Source of the DNA: a bacterium | Lineage (GTDB): Bacteria; UBP15; UBA6099; JAJRTR01 | Length of the DNA: 49,604 nucleotides | Assembly (NCBI GenBank): GCA_024278215.1 | Contig: JAJRTR010000202.1 | Location: 1-49,604 of the forward strand | Direction of reading: 5' to 3' | In this document: positions 36,174 through 46,263 of the stretch, one piece after another | How the letters are laid out: each line of letters opens with the position of its first letter | How positions within the stretch are numbered: the stretch's first letter is position 1 | Notes under the pieces: generated by a model | What the model was told of the DNA's origin: nothing | The model's input: the letters and a program-made list of their open reading frames with translations, nothing else | Database searches by the model: none | Program-made: the position numbers and the translations under genes

Positions 36174-36560
36174 TCAGCCTTTTTTGCCTACCTTGCCTTT
36201 TTTCATGCCGACCGGTCTGCGGCGGCCTTTCTTCGATCTTGCGTTGGTGTGGGTTCTCTGGCCGCGCACCGGCAGGTTGAGCCTGTGCCTCAGCCCGCGG
36301 TATGAGCCGATCTCTATCAATCTTTTTATGTTGTTCTGCACTTCACGGCGCACTTCGCCTTCCACCTTATACTTTGTTTCTATCTATTTGCGCAGCCTGG
36401 AGATCATTTCCTCGGAAAGGTCTCGAACCCTTATGTCGGGGTCTATGTGCGCATCGCCCAGTATCTTCATCGCAGTGGTGTTGCCGATGCCGTGTATATA
36501 GGTCAATGCTACTTTGACCTTCTTTTCTCTCGGTATGTCTATTCCCGCTATACGTGCCAT
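36174..36560 (-). CDS. rpsM: 30S ribosomal protein S13, interrupted by an in-frame TAG at codon 59
   Basis: Manual translation: [26 protein letters not shown]...[20 protein letters not shown]...[10 protein letters not shown]. The TAG is at 36384-36386 and the frame is otherwise intact. Confidence 0.93.
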
Positions 36561-36584
36561 TGTACTTCCTCCTTGCAGGTCGTA

Positions 36585-36698
36585 TCAGCCCTGCCGCTGT
36601 TTGTGTTTCGGGTTTTCGCAGATCACGCGCACTACTCCGCGCCGCTTGATGATCTTGCACTTTTGACATATCTTTTTCACTGATGCTCTGACTTTCAT
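36585..36698 (-). CDS. rpmJ: 50S ribosomal protein L36 (not in ORF track, 37 aa)
   Basis: Manual translation [37 protein letters not shown]. Confidence 0.97.
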   Translation of the reverse strand: MKVRASVKKICQKCKIIKRRGVVRVICENPKHKQRQG

Positions 36699-36709
36699 GA
36701 ATCATCACC

Positions 36710-36961
36710 TTATCTGTAATATTTTTTGTTTTCCCTGCCCTTTGCAGGGTAGCGCCATGTTATGCGTCCGCGATTGAGATCATACTGGCTGAGCTCCATT
36801 TTTACGCGGTCGCCGGGCACTATGCGGATGAACCGCATCCGTATCTTGCCGGATATTGTGGCAAGCACTTCATGCCCGTTCTCAAGTTCTACCCGGAACA
36901 TCGCGTTAGGAAGTGATTCCGATACTGTTCCGTCTACCTCAAGCACATCGTCCTTACTCAT
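36710..36961 (-). CDS. infA: Translation initiation factor IF-1
   Basis: [26 protein letters not shown], plus a ~11-aa C-terminal extension. Confidence 0.97.
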   Translation of the reverse strand: MSKDDVLEVDGTVSESLPNAMFRVELENGHEVLATISGKIRMRFIRIVPGDRVKMELSQYDLNRGRITWRYPAKGRENKKYYR

Positions 36962-37001
36962 ATAACTCCCTTTTATGCTTTTGCTTCCACCGCCCGCGCG
37001 G

Positions 37002-37760
37002 CTATGGAAGTGTCAATATCTCCGGTCCGTCCGCCGTGACAGCCACTGTATGTTCGAAGTGGCAGGATAATTTCCCGTCGGTTGTTACTACCGTCCAGCC
37101 GTCGGGAAGTGTTTTTACCTTATACGTGCCGACATTTATCATCGGCTCTATCGCGATTGTCAGACCTTCGCGCAGAATCGGTCCCGTTCCCGCCTGGCCG
37201 AAGTTCGGCACCTGGGGTTCTTCGTGCATTTCCGTGCCGATCCCGTGTCCCACAAGCGCGCGAACCACCGAGAATCCTTTGCTCTCGGCTTCTTTCTGGA
37301 CAGCGTTCGAGATGTCGCCCAGTTTGTTGCCGGCACGCATCTGTTCGATTCCTTTGAACAGGCCGTTGCGTGTGGCTTTCATCAGCTTCTCTATGTGCGG
37401 CGGAGGTTCGCCGCCTATATAGAAACTCTTTGCCATGTCGGAATGATATCCGTCGAGTATCACCCCGCAGTCTATCCCGAGCAGGTCGCCGGCTTTCAGC
37501 TTTCTTTCGCCGGGTATTCCGTGTACCACCTGCTCGTTGAACGAAGTGCAGATGCTGCCCGGGAAACCGTTATAGCCCTTGAAGGAGGGCACACCGCCGT
37601 GATCCCTGATGAATGTCTCGGCTTTCCTGTCCAGGTCGCCGGATGTAATGCCCGGCTGTGCCATCGACTCGAGATAATCAAGTGTCGCTGCAAGCACTTT
37701 ACCCGAGCGGCGCATCGCTTCGATCTCGTCGGATGTTTTGTATTTTATTCTTCCTCCCAA
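37002..37760 (-). CDS. map: Methionine aminopeptidase type I
   Basis: [38 protein letters not shown] start. Confidence 0.97.
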   Translation of the reverse strand: MGGRIKYKTSDEIEAMRRSGKVLAATLDYLESMAQPGITSGDLDRKAETFIRDHGGVPSFKGYNGFPGSICTSFNEQVVHGIPGERKLKAGDLLGIDCGVILDGYHSDMAKSFYIGGEPPPHIEKLMKATRNGLFKGIEQMRAGNKLGDISNAVQKEAESKGFSVVRALVGHGIGTEMHEEPQVPNFGQAGTGPILREGLTIAIEPMINVGTYKVKTLPDGWTVVTTDGKLSCHFEHTVAVTADGPEILTLP

Positions 37761-37782
37761 GGTGATTCATCCACCGGAATTC

Positions 37783-38433
37783 TCACTCGAAGAGTGTCAT
37801 TATTTTGTCTGATGTTTCCTTCGGCGTACCGGTTCCGTCTATCTCTTTAAGAAGGTCCCTTTCTTTGTAATAGTCCATGACGGGACTGGTCTGCTGATGG
37901 TAAGTGTCCAGCCTCTGGCGAATGACTTTTTCATTGTCGTCTTTGCGGATAATGAGCACTTCGCCGTCGTGGTCGCAGACACCTTCTTTTTTGGGCGGTT
38001 TCGCCGTGATGTGATAGATCATATTGCATGCGGGGCACATGCGCCTTCCGGTGAGCCTTGTGACGATGTTTTCGTCTGGCACCATGATGGCGATTACAGC
38101 GTCGATGCTCCTGCCGAGTTTTTCGAGCATTGCGTCGAGCGCTTTTGCCTGGTCGAGCGTGCGAGGGAACCCGTCGAACAGCGTTCCCATATCTTTGTCT
38201 ATTGAAGCTACTTTTTCTTCGACGATCTTGATTACTACTTCGTCGGGCACGAGTTTGCCGGCTTCTGTGTACTGTTTCGCAAGCTTGCCGGTTTCAGTTT
38301 CGTTTTTTATAGCTTCCCGAAGCATGTCACCCGTCGAGAGGTGGAACACGCTGATTTTCTCTTTGATGACTTCACTCTGGGTGCCTTTGCCGGCCCCCGG
38401 TGGTACGAAAATTATTAGATTTTTACCTGCCAT
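37783..38433 (-). CDS. adk: Adenylate kinase (Zn-lid type)
   Basis: PPGAGKGTQ, STGDMLR, DGFPRT, RKDD. The first P-loop Gly reads Val. Confidence 0.97.
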   Translation of the reverse strand: MAGKNLIIFVPPGAGKGTQSEVIKEKISVFHLSTGDMLREAIKNETETGKLAKQYTEAGKLVPDEVVIKIVEEKVASIDKDMGTLFDGFPRTLDQAKALDAMLEKLGRSIDAVIAIMVPDENIVTRLTGRRMCPACNMIYHITAKPPKKEGVCDHDGEVLIIRKDDNEKVIRQRLDTYHQQTSPVMDYYKERDLLKEIDGTGTPKETSDKIMTLFE

Positions 38434-38487
38434 TTTCGCCTCCTGTTTCGCGAACGGCGCCCGGCGCCCCCGCTGTTGTTGTTTATG

Positions 38488-39744
38488 TTAGAATCCTTCG
38501 TAATGCCTCATTAACAGTTGCGCTTCGATCTGGTATACCGTGTCGAGCGCGACGCCGACAATGATCAGAATGGACGTGCCTCCAAGCCCGAAACTGCTGA
38601 GTTTGGTCAGTCCCACCACTATCGAGGGCAGTACCGCTATCGAGCCGAGGAACAGAGCGCCGAGAAATGTTATTTTGACCATGATTCTCTCGAGGTACTC
38701 TGCTGTCGGATGTCCGGGCCTGATACCGAGTATGAAACCGCCCTGTTTTTTCATTCTGTCCGCTACGTCTTTCGGGTTGAAGATTACTGCCGTGTAGAAG
38801 AACGTGAATACGAACACGAGTATGAAATATGAAAGGTTATACCATACGGCCGACGAGTTGAATTTCTGGGCCATGAGTTGCAACGGCGGGTACGGCACGA
38901 ATTGCGCGATGGTCGCCGGAAACATCAGCATGGATATCGCGAAGATGATGGGGATGACCCCGGCCGTGTTGACTCGAAGCGGCAGGTATGTCGTCTGTCC
39001 GCTGATTACTTTTCGCCCGATGATACGCTTTGCGTACTGAACCGGTATTTTCCTCTGCCCGAGATGGACAAAGATGATGAAGCCGATTGTTGCGAACGAG
39101 ATAATAATCAGCGCGACGAGTCCCATGTAATTGTTGTTTAGCTGAGCCTGCTTGTATGTCTGTATTATCTGCTGCGGCAGCGAACCGACTATGCCGATGA
39201 AGATAATAAGTGATATTCCGTTGCCTACGCCTTTTGTCGTTATCTCTTCGCCGAGCCACATGAGGAAAGCTGTGCCGCCTACCAGTGTAAAGATGACGAC
39301 GAAGCGATAGGGCCATGAATCGCTCTGCAGGATTGTACCGGTCTGGCTGAGCATGATGTACATGCCGATGGACTGAAAGAATGCGAGCGCGATCGTGAGA
39401 TACTTGGTCCATGTCGAAATAACTTTCCGACCGGTAGCGCCTTCCTTGGCGAGGTCTTCGAGCTTGGGAACAACGACTGTGAGCAACTGCATGATGATGG
39501 AGGCGTTGATGTATGGCGTAATACCGAGCGCGAAAATGGAGAATCGTCTCAGCGAACCGCCGACAAACATATCCATCATGCCGAAAAGCGTATCGCGCCC
39601 GATAATGTTGCCTAATGCGACAGTATCAATACCCGGAACAGGTATATGCGCACCAAGAGAATAGATAAAAAATGCGAAAAGCAAAAACAGCAACTTTTTG
39701 CGTATATCAGGTACGCTAAATGCGTTAACAAGTATCGTCAGCAT
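38488..39744 (-). CDS. secY: Preprotein translocase SecY
   Basis: SIFALGITPYINASIIMQLL, GVGNGISLIIF, AGVIPIIFA, GGTSILIIVGV. Confidence 0.98.
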   Translation of the reverse strand: MLTILVNAFSVPDIRKKLLFLLFAFFIYSLGAHIPVPGIDTVALGNIIGRDTLFGMMDMFVGGSLRRFSIFALGITPYINASIIMQLLTVVVPKLEDLAKEGATGRKVISTWTKYLTIALAFFQSIGMYIMLSQTGTILQSDSWPYRFVVIFTLVGGTAFLMWLGEEITTKGVGNGISLIIFIGIVGSLPQQIIQTYKQAQLNNNYMGLVALIIISFATIGFIIFVHLGQRKIPVQYAKRIIGRKVISGQTTYLPLRVNTAGVIPIIFAISMLMFPATIAQFVPYPPLQLMAQKFNSSAVWYNLSYFILVFVFTFFYTAVIFNPKDVADRMKKQGGFILGIRPGHPTAEYLERIMVKITFLGALFLGSIAVLPSIVVGLTKLSSFGLGGTSILIIVGVALDTVYQIEAQLLMRHYEGF

Positions 39745-39745
39745 A

Positions 39746-40198
39746 TCAGTCGAGTTTAATCAGCTCTGAGCCGGCTTCCTTTGCTTTTTTTTCCGCCGCA
39801 GCGCTCCATGCGTGCGCCTGGATTTTAAGTTTCTTTTCGAGTTCTCCGCGAGCAAGTACTTTTATCAGCTTATCGTTTTTCCTTATTATGCCCGCTTCTA
39901 CAAGTTTCTCGTGCGTGACTTCCGTACCGTAGTCGAACATGTTCAACGCTTCGAGGTTTACCGGTGCGTATTCTTTGCGGTTGATGTTCTTGAAACCGCC
40001 GAGCTTCGGTACGCGGCGGAACATCATGAGCCCGCCGCCCTGAAAATAAGCGGGGATATTCCCGCCGGAGCGGGATTTCTGTCCGTTGCTGCCGCGACCT
40101 GCGGTTTTTACTGTTCCGCAACCATGTCCGCGCGCAAGCCTTTTTCTTTTCTTCTTGCTTTTATCTTTCGGCAGTTCGTGCAGTTTCATTACAGGCAC
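39746..40198 (-). CDS. rplO: 50S ribosomal protein L15
   Basis: KTAGRG.NGQKSRSG, FQGG..RRVPK.GF. Start may be the internal ATG (MKLHEL). Confidence 0.96.
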   Translation of the reverse strand: MPVMKLHELPKDKSKKKRKRLARGHGCGTVKTAGRGSNGQKSRSGGNIPAYFQGGGLMMFRRVPKLGGFKNINRKEYAPVNLEALNMFDYGTEVTHEKLVEAGIIRKNDKLIKVLARGELEKKLKIQAHAWSAAAEKKAKEAGSELIKLD

Positions 40199-40239
40199 AT
40201 CCTTCGATCTGTTTGTTTTCCCGTTTATTTTATCTTATG

Positions 40240-40920
40240 TCAGGCGTTGGTTTCGCCGCCGACAGGTTCTTTGCTATCCATCTGCACCGCCGGGACAGGC
40301 GCTGCTTCGGGGGCGGGCGCTTCCGGAACCTTTTTGGGCGCGTGCTTAGCAGCAGCTGTTTTTTCCCGTTTCGGTGTCTGTTCCCGCTTCTCATTCTTTT
40401 TCTTCTTTTTAGAGTCTTCGCTGTCTCTCGACCTGCGTATCCTGAAATCTTCCGCAGATTTCAGGCTCCTGAGTCCTTCAATTGTGGCTTTAGCGGTGTT
40501 GATATGGTTTTTCGTGCCAAGGTTCTTTGTAAGAATGTCTTTTATTCCGGCTGCTTCGACAATAGCCCTTACCGCACCGCCGGCTATGACGCCTGTACCG
40601 GGTGACGCGGGTTTGAGAACAACTCTCGCCGCGCCCTGGTGGGCAACAATTTTATATGGGATCGTGTTTTCACGCAGGTTGACTTTGAACATGTTGTTCT
40701 TGCCGTCCTGAATGGCTTTCCTGATGGCTTCCGCGACTTCGTTTGCCTTGCCGAAGCCCAGCCCGACCATTCCTTCGCCATCGCCCACGACAATAAGTGC
40801 GCTGAAGCTGAACCTGCGTCCACCTTTTACAACCTTTGCTACGCGGTTGATGTGGATCAGTTTCTCTTTTATCTTGTCTTCGGGTTCCGCGGCTTTGTCC
40901 CTGAAAAATTTCTTCTGCAT
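40240..40920 (-). CDS. rpsE: 30S ribosomal protein S5 with C-terminal low-complexity extension
   Basis: [28 protein letters not shown]. Confidence 0.97.
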   Translation of the reverse strand: MQKKFFRDKAAEPEDKIKEKLIHINRVAKVVKGGRRFSFSALIVVGDGEGMVGLGFGKANEVAEAIRKAIQDGKNNMFKVNLRENTIPYKIVAHQGAARVVLKPASPGTGVIAGGAVRAIVEAAGIKDILTKNLGTKNHINTAKATIEGLRSLKSAEDFRIRRSRDSEDSKKKKKNEKREQTPKREKTAAAKHAPKKVPEAPAPEAAPVPAVQMDSKEPVGGETNA

Positions 40921-40992
40921 CCCGTCTACTCCTGTCTTATTTGCAATTAACCGTGTCTCTCGGAATTGTCGTCTCGTTTTCTGGGATGTCGC

Positions 40993-41358
40993 TCAGAATT
41001 CGAGTCCGCCTTTTCTTGCTGCATCAGCCATAGCGCTGAGTCTGCCGCTATAGCGATAACCGGATTTATCGAATACTACCTTTGTGACGCCGGCCTCTTT
41101 CGCGAGTTCGGCAATTCTTCCGCCGATTATTGCAGCGATCTGTTTTTTGTTTTTGCCTGCGACCTCGGCTTTGAGCGGTTCCTGGAGCGTGCATGCGGAA
41201 ACAATAGTTCTGCCGGCCACATCATCTATTATCTGCGAATATACGTGCCTGTTGCTGATGAACACGCACATACGGGGCCGCTCGGGTATGCCCTTGATTT
41301 TTCGGCGACTTCTTTTGTGCCGCATTATTCTTCCTTGTTCTCTTGTTCTCTTAGACAC
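40993..41358 (-). CDS. rplR: 50S ribosomal protein L18
   Basis: RPRMCVFISNRHVYSQIIDD, VVFDKSGY.Y.GR, ARKGGLEF. Confidence 0.97.
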   Translation of the reverse strand: MSKRTREQGRIMRHKRSRRKIKGIPERPRMCVFISNRHVYSQIIDDVAGRTIVSACTLQEPLKAEVAGKNKKQIAAIIGGRIAELAKEAGVTKVVFDKSGYRYSGRLSAMADAARKGGLEF

Positions 41359-41887
41359 CGCTCTTACCTTCCTTCAATCTCACTTGTTCGTCCTTGTAGC
41401 GAATTCCCTTGCCTTTGTAGGAATCGGGCGGCCTGATGGCTCGTATCTCCGCCGCCACCTGCCCCACCTGCTGCTTGTCGATTCCCGTTATGGTTATGTT
41501 GTTCTGTTTGTCTATTTCGGCCTTGATACCGGCAGGGATTTTATACTCTTTGGGCTGAGAGTATCCGACGTTGAGCACGATCATGTCTTTTTTCATGTCT
41601 GCCCTGTAGCCTACGCCATGGACGGCGAGTTCTTTCTTGAATCCTTCGGAAACGCCCTGCACCATATTCGCGATGAGAGCGCGGGTGAGACCGTGCAGCG
41701 CGCGGTCCTCTTTATCGTCGGTTGATCTTGTGACACTGATCTCGCCGTTTTCGCTTACCACGGTTACTTTCGGGTGGTGGTCAAGATTCAGTTCGCCGAG
41801 CTTGCCTTTAACCTTGACGGCCGTGCCCTCGATCGCGGCTGTTGTGCCTTCCGGCAGTTTTATTTTCAGTTTGCCTATTCTGGACAT
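41351..41887 (-). CDS. rplF: 50S ribosomal protein L6
   Basis: MSRIGK, GVGYRA, RPPDSYKGKGIRY. Confidence 0.98.
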   Translation of the reverse strand: MSRIGKLKIKLPEGTTAAIEGTAVKVKGKLGELNLDHHPKVTVVSENGEISVTRSTDDKEDRALHGLTRALIANMVQGVSEGFKKELAVHGVGYRADMKKDMIVLNVGYSQPKEYKIPAGIKAEIDKQNNITITGIDKQQVGQVAAEIRAIRPPDSYKGKGIRYKDEQVRLKEGKSGV

Positions 41888-41926
41888 TTCTGCATCCTTA
41901 TCCTTTCGACCCGTCCGGCCCGCTGC

Positions 41927-42325
41927 TTACCAGATGTTGCAGACTACTTCTCCGCCTATCTTTCTTCGCCTGGCTTCGTGGCCGGTCATTATACCCTGTG
42001 ATGTGGACACCACCGTGATGCCCATACCGCCCGCCACCAGGGGGATATTGTTCTTGTCGACGTAGACCCTTCTTCCGGGCTTACTTATTCTTGTGATGTA
42101 GTCGAATGAGGGAACACCTTCGTCGGTGTACTTGAGGTATACCTTGAGCACGTTGTGCCCTTTCCTCTTGCGCACGACGAAATTTCTGATGAAACCTTCT
42201 TTCTTGAGCATCTTGAGAATTTCCATTTTCATTCGTGATGCCGGCATTTCCACGGTGGCGAAGCTCTGGTCTTTCGCGTTCCGCATTCTTGTCAGCATAT
42301 CACTGATGGGATCCACCATTGCCAT
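41927..42325 (-). CDS. rpsH: 30S ribosomal protein S8
   Basis: DPISDMLTRMRNA, RISKPGRRVY, STSQGIMT, GGEV. Confidence 0.98.
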   Translation of the reverse strand: MAMVDPISDMLTRMRNAKDQSFATVEMPASRMKMEILKMLKKEGFIRNFVVRKRKGHNVLKVYLKYTDEGVPSFDYITRISKPGRRVYVDKNNIPLVAGGMGITVVSTSQGIMTGHEARRRKIGGEVVCNIW

Positions 42326-42368
42326 AATTAAACACCTCGTTGCTGTTGGGCGCGCCGTGCCGGTATGA

Positions 42369-42554
42369 TTACCAGCTGGATTTCGTCACGCCGGGAATTT
42401 TCCCCTCGTGCGCCAGCGTCCTGAAGCAGATTCGGCAGATTCCGAACTTGCGGTAGTAGCCCCGCGGCCTGCCACAAAGTTTGCAGCGGTTCCGCTGGCG
42501 GGTCGAGTATTTCGGTTTTTTCATCGCTTTGTTGTAAAGTGCTTTTCTTGTCAA
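42369..42554 (-). CDS. rpsN: 30S ribosomal protein S14, short Zn-binding type Z
   Basis: 61 aa, [24 protein letters not shown]. Confidence 0.97.
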   Translation of the reverse strand: MTRKALYNKAMKKPKYSTRQRNRCKLCGRPRGYYRKFGICRICFRTLAHEGKIPGVTKSSW

Positions 42555-42569
42555 AACAACACCCCTAGC

Positions 42570-43169
42570 TTATGAAGCGAAAGGCATGCCGAATCTTCTC
42601 AGCAACGACACGCCTTCCTGATCTGTTTTTGCTGTTGTTACTATCGTTATATCCATTCCCCTGACCTTATCGACTTTGTCGTATTCGACCTCGGGGAAAA
42701 TAAGTTGCTCGCGAATTCCGATGGAATAGTTGCCGCGTCCGTCCATTTTCTTTGTCGAGTAGCCGCGAAAGTCACGCACACGCGGTGTGGCGGTGTTGAT
42801 GAAACGATCAAGAAAGTCAAACATCTTCCAGCCCCGCAACGTAACTTTTGTGCCTACCTGCCATCCCGCACGTATTTTGAAGTTCGATATGGCTTTTTTC
42901 GCGCGGGTTATTATCGGTTTCTGGCCGGTGATAACGGTCAGGTCGCGCACGGCATTTTCCATGGCTTTAGGCTCGTCCTTGGAGTTGCCGACACCAATGT
43001 TGACAACGATCTTCTCCAGTCTTGGAACCTGCATAACGCTGCTGTAGTTGAACTCTTCCACCATTTCCTGCACTATCTTATCCCGGTACATCTTTTTATA
43101 CCTGGGTTCGGTCAGCGGTGCGGCGGCTTCTTTCGCCTTCTTCTGTTTTTTTCCATTTTTATCAGCCAT
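42570..43169 (-). CDS. rplE: 50S ribosomal protein L5 with short basic N-terminal extension
   Basis: [35 protein letters not shown]. Confidence 0.98.
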   Translation of the reverse strand: MADKNGKKQKKAKEAAAPLTEPRYKKMYRDKIVQEMVEEFNYSSVMQVPRLEKIVVNIGVGNSKDEPKAMENAVRDLTVITGQKPIITRAKKAISNFKIRAGWQVGTKVTLRGWKMFDFLDRFINTATPRVRDFRGYSTKKMDGRGNYSIGIREQLIFPEVEYDKVDKVRGMDITIVTTAKTDQEGVSLLRRFGMPFAS

Positions 43170-43518
43170 CGATCAATTCACCACATTTCCGGCACTTCCT
43201 GCTTGTCCGGCCTTCCTTGTCTTTCATGTAGGTGACCCTCGCCGTCTTCGAGCAGCGCGGGCATATCAACTGGACGTTCGAGACATCCATGGGCGCGGGC
43301 AATTCGATGACGCCGCCCTGCGGGTTCTTCTGCGGATCGGGCCTCACGGCTTTCTTCATCAGGTTGATCTTCGCGACCGAGACTTTGCCTTTTTTCGGGT
43401 CCACTGTCAGCACTTCGCCCTCTTTGCCCCTGTCTTTTCCGCATATAACCCTGACTGTGTCGCCTTTGCGGATTTTTATCTTTCTTCTCACTGTTTTCGT
43501 TTTTGCCTTCGCCGGCAT
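43162..43518 (-). CDS. rplX: 50S ribosomal protein L24
   Basis: [27 protein letters not shown]. Confidence 0.97.
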   Translation of the reverse strand: MPAKAKTKTVRRKIKIRKGDTVRVICGKDRGKEGEVLTVDPKKGKVSVAKINLMKKAVRPDPQKNPQGGVIELPAPMDVSNVQLICPRCSKTARVTYMKDKEGRTSRKCRKCGELIDG

Positions 43519-43538
43519 GACTTGTCTCCTGTTCCTGC

Positions 43539-43907
43539 TTAAAGCACTTCGGGTGCGAGTGATACGATTTTCATGAACTGCTTCTCCCTCAGCTCGCGGC
43601 CCACCGGCCCGAACACGCGCGTGCCGACCGGATTGCTCTGGGCATCAATTACAACAGCGGCGTTGTCGTCGAATCTTATGTACGATCCGTCCGCCCTGCC
43701 TGTCGCTTTTTTCGTCCTGACTATCACCGCCTTGATTACCGTCCCTTTCTTGATGTTCGAGTTCGGGATCGCCTGTTTAACCGTGGCCGTGATCACATCG
43801 CCCATTCCGGCATATCTCCGGTGACTTTCACCGGGGATCCTAATACAAAGAATTTCTTTGGCTCCTGAATTATCGGCTATCTTAAGCCTTGACTCCACCT
43901 GTATCAT
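43539..43907 (-). CDS. rplN: 50S ribosomal protein L14
   Basis: [26 protein letters not shown]. Confidence 0.98.
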   Translation of the reverse strand: MIQVESRLKIADNSGAKEILCIRIPGESHRRYAGMGDVITATVKQAIPNSNIKKGTVIKAVIVRTKKATGRADGSYIRFDDNAAVVIDAQSNPVGTRVFGPVGRELREKQFMKIVSLAPEVL

Positions 43908-44547
43908 CTGTCTCTCCGGTTTCCGCTTCCTGCTGTTCTTCTATTTCCTGAGCTTCAGGCTCAGTTCCGTTTTCCGTCTTTACTTCTTCCGGTTCCGCTT
44001 CCGGCTCCGAGTCTACTGGCGCGGCTTCGGGTTCCTGTGCGTCTGCTTCCACAGCTTCTTCCGCCACTGCCTCTTCCGGCACGGTCGTTTCTTCCGTTAC
44101 TTCTTCGACCGTCTCTTCAGCTTCCTGCGCTTCTTCCGCCGCAGCTTCAGGTTCCACTTCTGCTTCAGGTTCTGCCGCGCCCGCGACGCTTTCCGGCGCT
44201 TCAGTTTCCGGCGCTTGCGCAGCAGCCTTCTGCACCGGTTTCTCTTTTTTCATTACGAGTTCGTCTGTTTCCACTATCTCTTCGGTAGATACATATTTAC
44301 GTCGCAGTATCTCGACGATTCTCCATCTTTTATCCTTGCTCAGCGGACGGCATTCCATACATGTCACCATGTCGCCCAGTCTGCATTCGTTTTCTTCGTC
44401 ATGCGCTTTATATCTTTTGCGCCGTGTTATAAATTTCTTGTATCTCGGATGTTGTTTCCGAGTCTCGGTCTGGACAATAACCGTCTTGTCCATTCTATCA
44501 CTTATAACCGTTCCTGTGATCGTTTGCCTGCTGGTGGTTCTCATCAC
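43882..44547 (-). CDS. rpsQ: 30S ribosomal protein S17 with long acidic C-terminal extension
   Basis: [38 protein letters not shown], then an Ala/Glu-rich tail. Confidence 0.95.
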   Translation of the reverse strand: MMRTTSRQTITGTVISDRMDKTVIVQTETRKQHPRYKKFITRRKRYKAHDEENECRLGDMVTCMECRPLSKDKRWRIVEILRRKYVSTEEIVETDELVMKKEKPVQKAAAQAPETEAPESVAGAAEPEAEVEPEAAAEEAQEAEETVEEVTEETTVPEEAVAEEAVEADAQEPEAAPVDSEPEAEPEEVKTENGTEPEAQEIEEQQEAETGETDDTGGVKA

Positions 44548-44744
44548 TTGGCTTCCTTCCGGTTTCTATCATTCATTATTGTATTTATGCGGGCGATATT
44601 TCTTCGCACTTCGCGTGCCCTTTTCGGATTCTGGTTCTGATGTGAAGCCGTCTGCCACCTCAGGTTAAACTGCTCCTTTTTGTAACTTGCAAGTTTTTCT
44701 ACAAGTTCAATATCGGTCATTTTATGCAATTCTGCAGCTTTCAT
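44544..44744 (-). CDS. rpmC: 50S ribosomal protein L29
   Basis: MKAAELH..EL..KL...KKEQFNLR..NP...VRRNIARINT. AAGGTGG RBS before ATG 44744. Confidence 0.95.
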   Translation of the reverse strand: MKAAELHKMTDIELVEKLASYKKEQFNLRWQTASHQNQNPKRAREVRRNIARINTIMNDRNRKEAK

Positions 44745-44758
44745 GTCGAATCCACCTT

Positions 44759-45163
44759 TTATCTTTCTACAACCCGGCACCTGATGGGCATTTTGTAGCT
44801 GGCGAGTTTCAGCGCTTTTATCGAAAGGTCGTGCGGCGCGCCCGCCAGTTCAATCATCATGGTTCCCGGTTTGACAACCGCTACCCAGCTCTCCGGTGCG
44901 CCTTTTCCTTTTCCCATGCGTGTTTCCGCGGGCTTTTTGGTGATGGGCTTATGAGGGAAAATGCGAATCCACACTTTCCCCCCCCTTTTGACGCATCTCG
45001 TGACTGCGATACGGGATGCCTCTATCTGCCTGGCGGTTATCCAGCCCGGCTCGAGGGCCTGCAAACCATATTCGCCGAAGGATACGTCCGTACCCTTGCG
45101 TGGGGAACCCTTCATGCGGCCCCTCTGCACTTTTCTGTGTTTAACTTTTCTTGGTTGAAGCAT
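44759..45163 (-). CDS. rplP: 50S ribosomal protein L16
   Basis: [28 protein letters not shown]. Confidence 0.98.
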   Translation of the reverse strand: MLQPRKVKHRKVQRGRMKGSPRKGTDVSFGEYGLQALEPGWITARQIEASRIAVTRCVKRGGKVWIRIFPHKPITKKPAETRMGKGKGAPESWVAVVKPGTMMIELAGAPHDLSIKALKLASYKMPIRCRVVER

Positions 45164-45178
45164 GGCCGTTCTTTCCTT

Positions 45179-45907
45179 TTAGTCGTTGAGGCCCAGCGCA
45201 AGGTCCGCTTTGAACCTTTTGGGGTCTTTTATTCCCTTAAATATCCATACTTTTATTCCGATTTTCCCATAAGTCGTGAAGGCTTCCGTGATTGCGTAAT
45301 CGATGTCGGCCCTGAGCGTGTGCAGGGGCACACGTCCCTGTCGATACCATTCTTTTCGTGCTATCTCAGCGCCGCCGAGCCTGCCGGAACAACATATTCT
45401 GACTCCACCGGCACCTGCTCGCAGTACCCTGTCCATCGACTGCTTGATGGCCCTCTTGACACTGAACCGCCGCTCGAGCATCATCGCTATTCCCTGCCCC
45501 ACAAGGTTCGCGTCGAGGTCGGGCTGTTCTATCGGCCTGATCTTGATGTCGACATTCTTGCCGGTCTTGTTGCGCAGGTTCGATGTCAGCGCCTCGATGG
45601 TTTCTCCGTTTTTGCCTATGACGATACCGGGTTTGGACGTTTTTATATACACGGTAACATTCCTTGCTTTGCGCTCTATCTCGACCTTCGAGATGCCGCT
45701 GAAGCGCAGTGTGTCGCGCTGGTAGCGTTTGAGCGCGCGGCCTGTGAAACCTCTGGTATCGCCTCTGTAATTCCATTTCTTCACGATGTCGTTCAGCATA
45801 AAATCTTCGTGAAGATTTTCCATATAGTCTTTTTCGGCATACCATCGGCTGTCCCAGGTGTCTATGACGCCGAGCCGCATTCCTCTTGGATGTACTTTCT
45901 GGCCCAA
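45179..45907 (-). CDS. rpsC: 30S ribosomal protein S3 with ~20-aa insertion
   Basis: GQKVHP.G.RLG, PGIVIGK.G, GRVPLHTLRADIDY. TTG start after GGAGG. Confidence 0.97.
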   Translation of the reverse strand: MGQKVHPRGMRLGVIDTWDSRWYAEKDYMENLHEDFMLNDIVKKWNYRGDTRGFTGRALKRYQRDTLRFSGISKVEIERKARNVTVYIKTSKPGIVIGKNGETIEALTSNLRNKTGKNVDIKIRPIEQPDLDANLVGQGIAMMLERRFSVKRAIKQSMDRVLRAGAGGVRICCSGRLGGAEIARKEWYRQGRVPLHTLRADIDYAITEAFTTYGKIGIKVWIFKGIKDPKRFKADLALGLND

Positions 45908-45921
45908 AACCAAGCCTCCGT

Positions 45922-46263
45922 TTATTTCATTTTTTGATCTGTCAGCACAAATGTTATGTGACATGTGCGTTTTCTAATTCGGCACGCTCTGCCCATCGCG
46001 CGAGCTCTGATCCTCTTCTGCATGGGCCCTTCGTCCGCAATCGCATTTTTTACATACAATGCGTCTTTAATCATATTGTGGTTTTCTTCCGCGTTCGCTC
46101 CTGCCGCAGCCAGCACTTTCAGCAGTTTCGCCGATGTGGGCGAAGGCTGGAACTCCAATATTGATATTGCTTCAGAAAACGGTTTGCCTTTAACCAGATT
46201 CATATAGCGCCTGACCTTATTGGCCGGAACGCTCAGATATTTGGCTGTCGCTTTTGCTTCCAT
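45922..46263 (-). CDS. rplV: 50S ribosomal protein L22
   Basis: ANAEENH, DEGP..KR...RAMGRA..I.KRTCHI. Confidence 0.97.
   Translation of the reverse strand: MEAKATAKYLSVPANKVRRYMNLVKGKPFSEAISILEFQPSPTSAKLLKVLAAAGANAEENHNMIKDALYVKNAIADEGPMQKRIRARAMGRACRIRKRTCHITFVLTDQKMK

Noticed and set aside
36174-36560. Genome-wide TAG reassignment
   Set aside because: TAG terminates rpoA, rplQ, map and truA at expected lengths, and no other gene here has an internal TAG.
44687-45937. Long antisense ORFs (416 aa here; also 39812-40711, 31084-31977, 5043-5942, 7767-8642)
   Set aside because: Shadow frames opposite well-supported genes, with no recognisable motifs.
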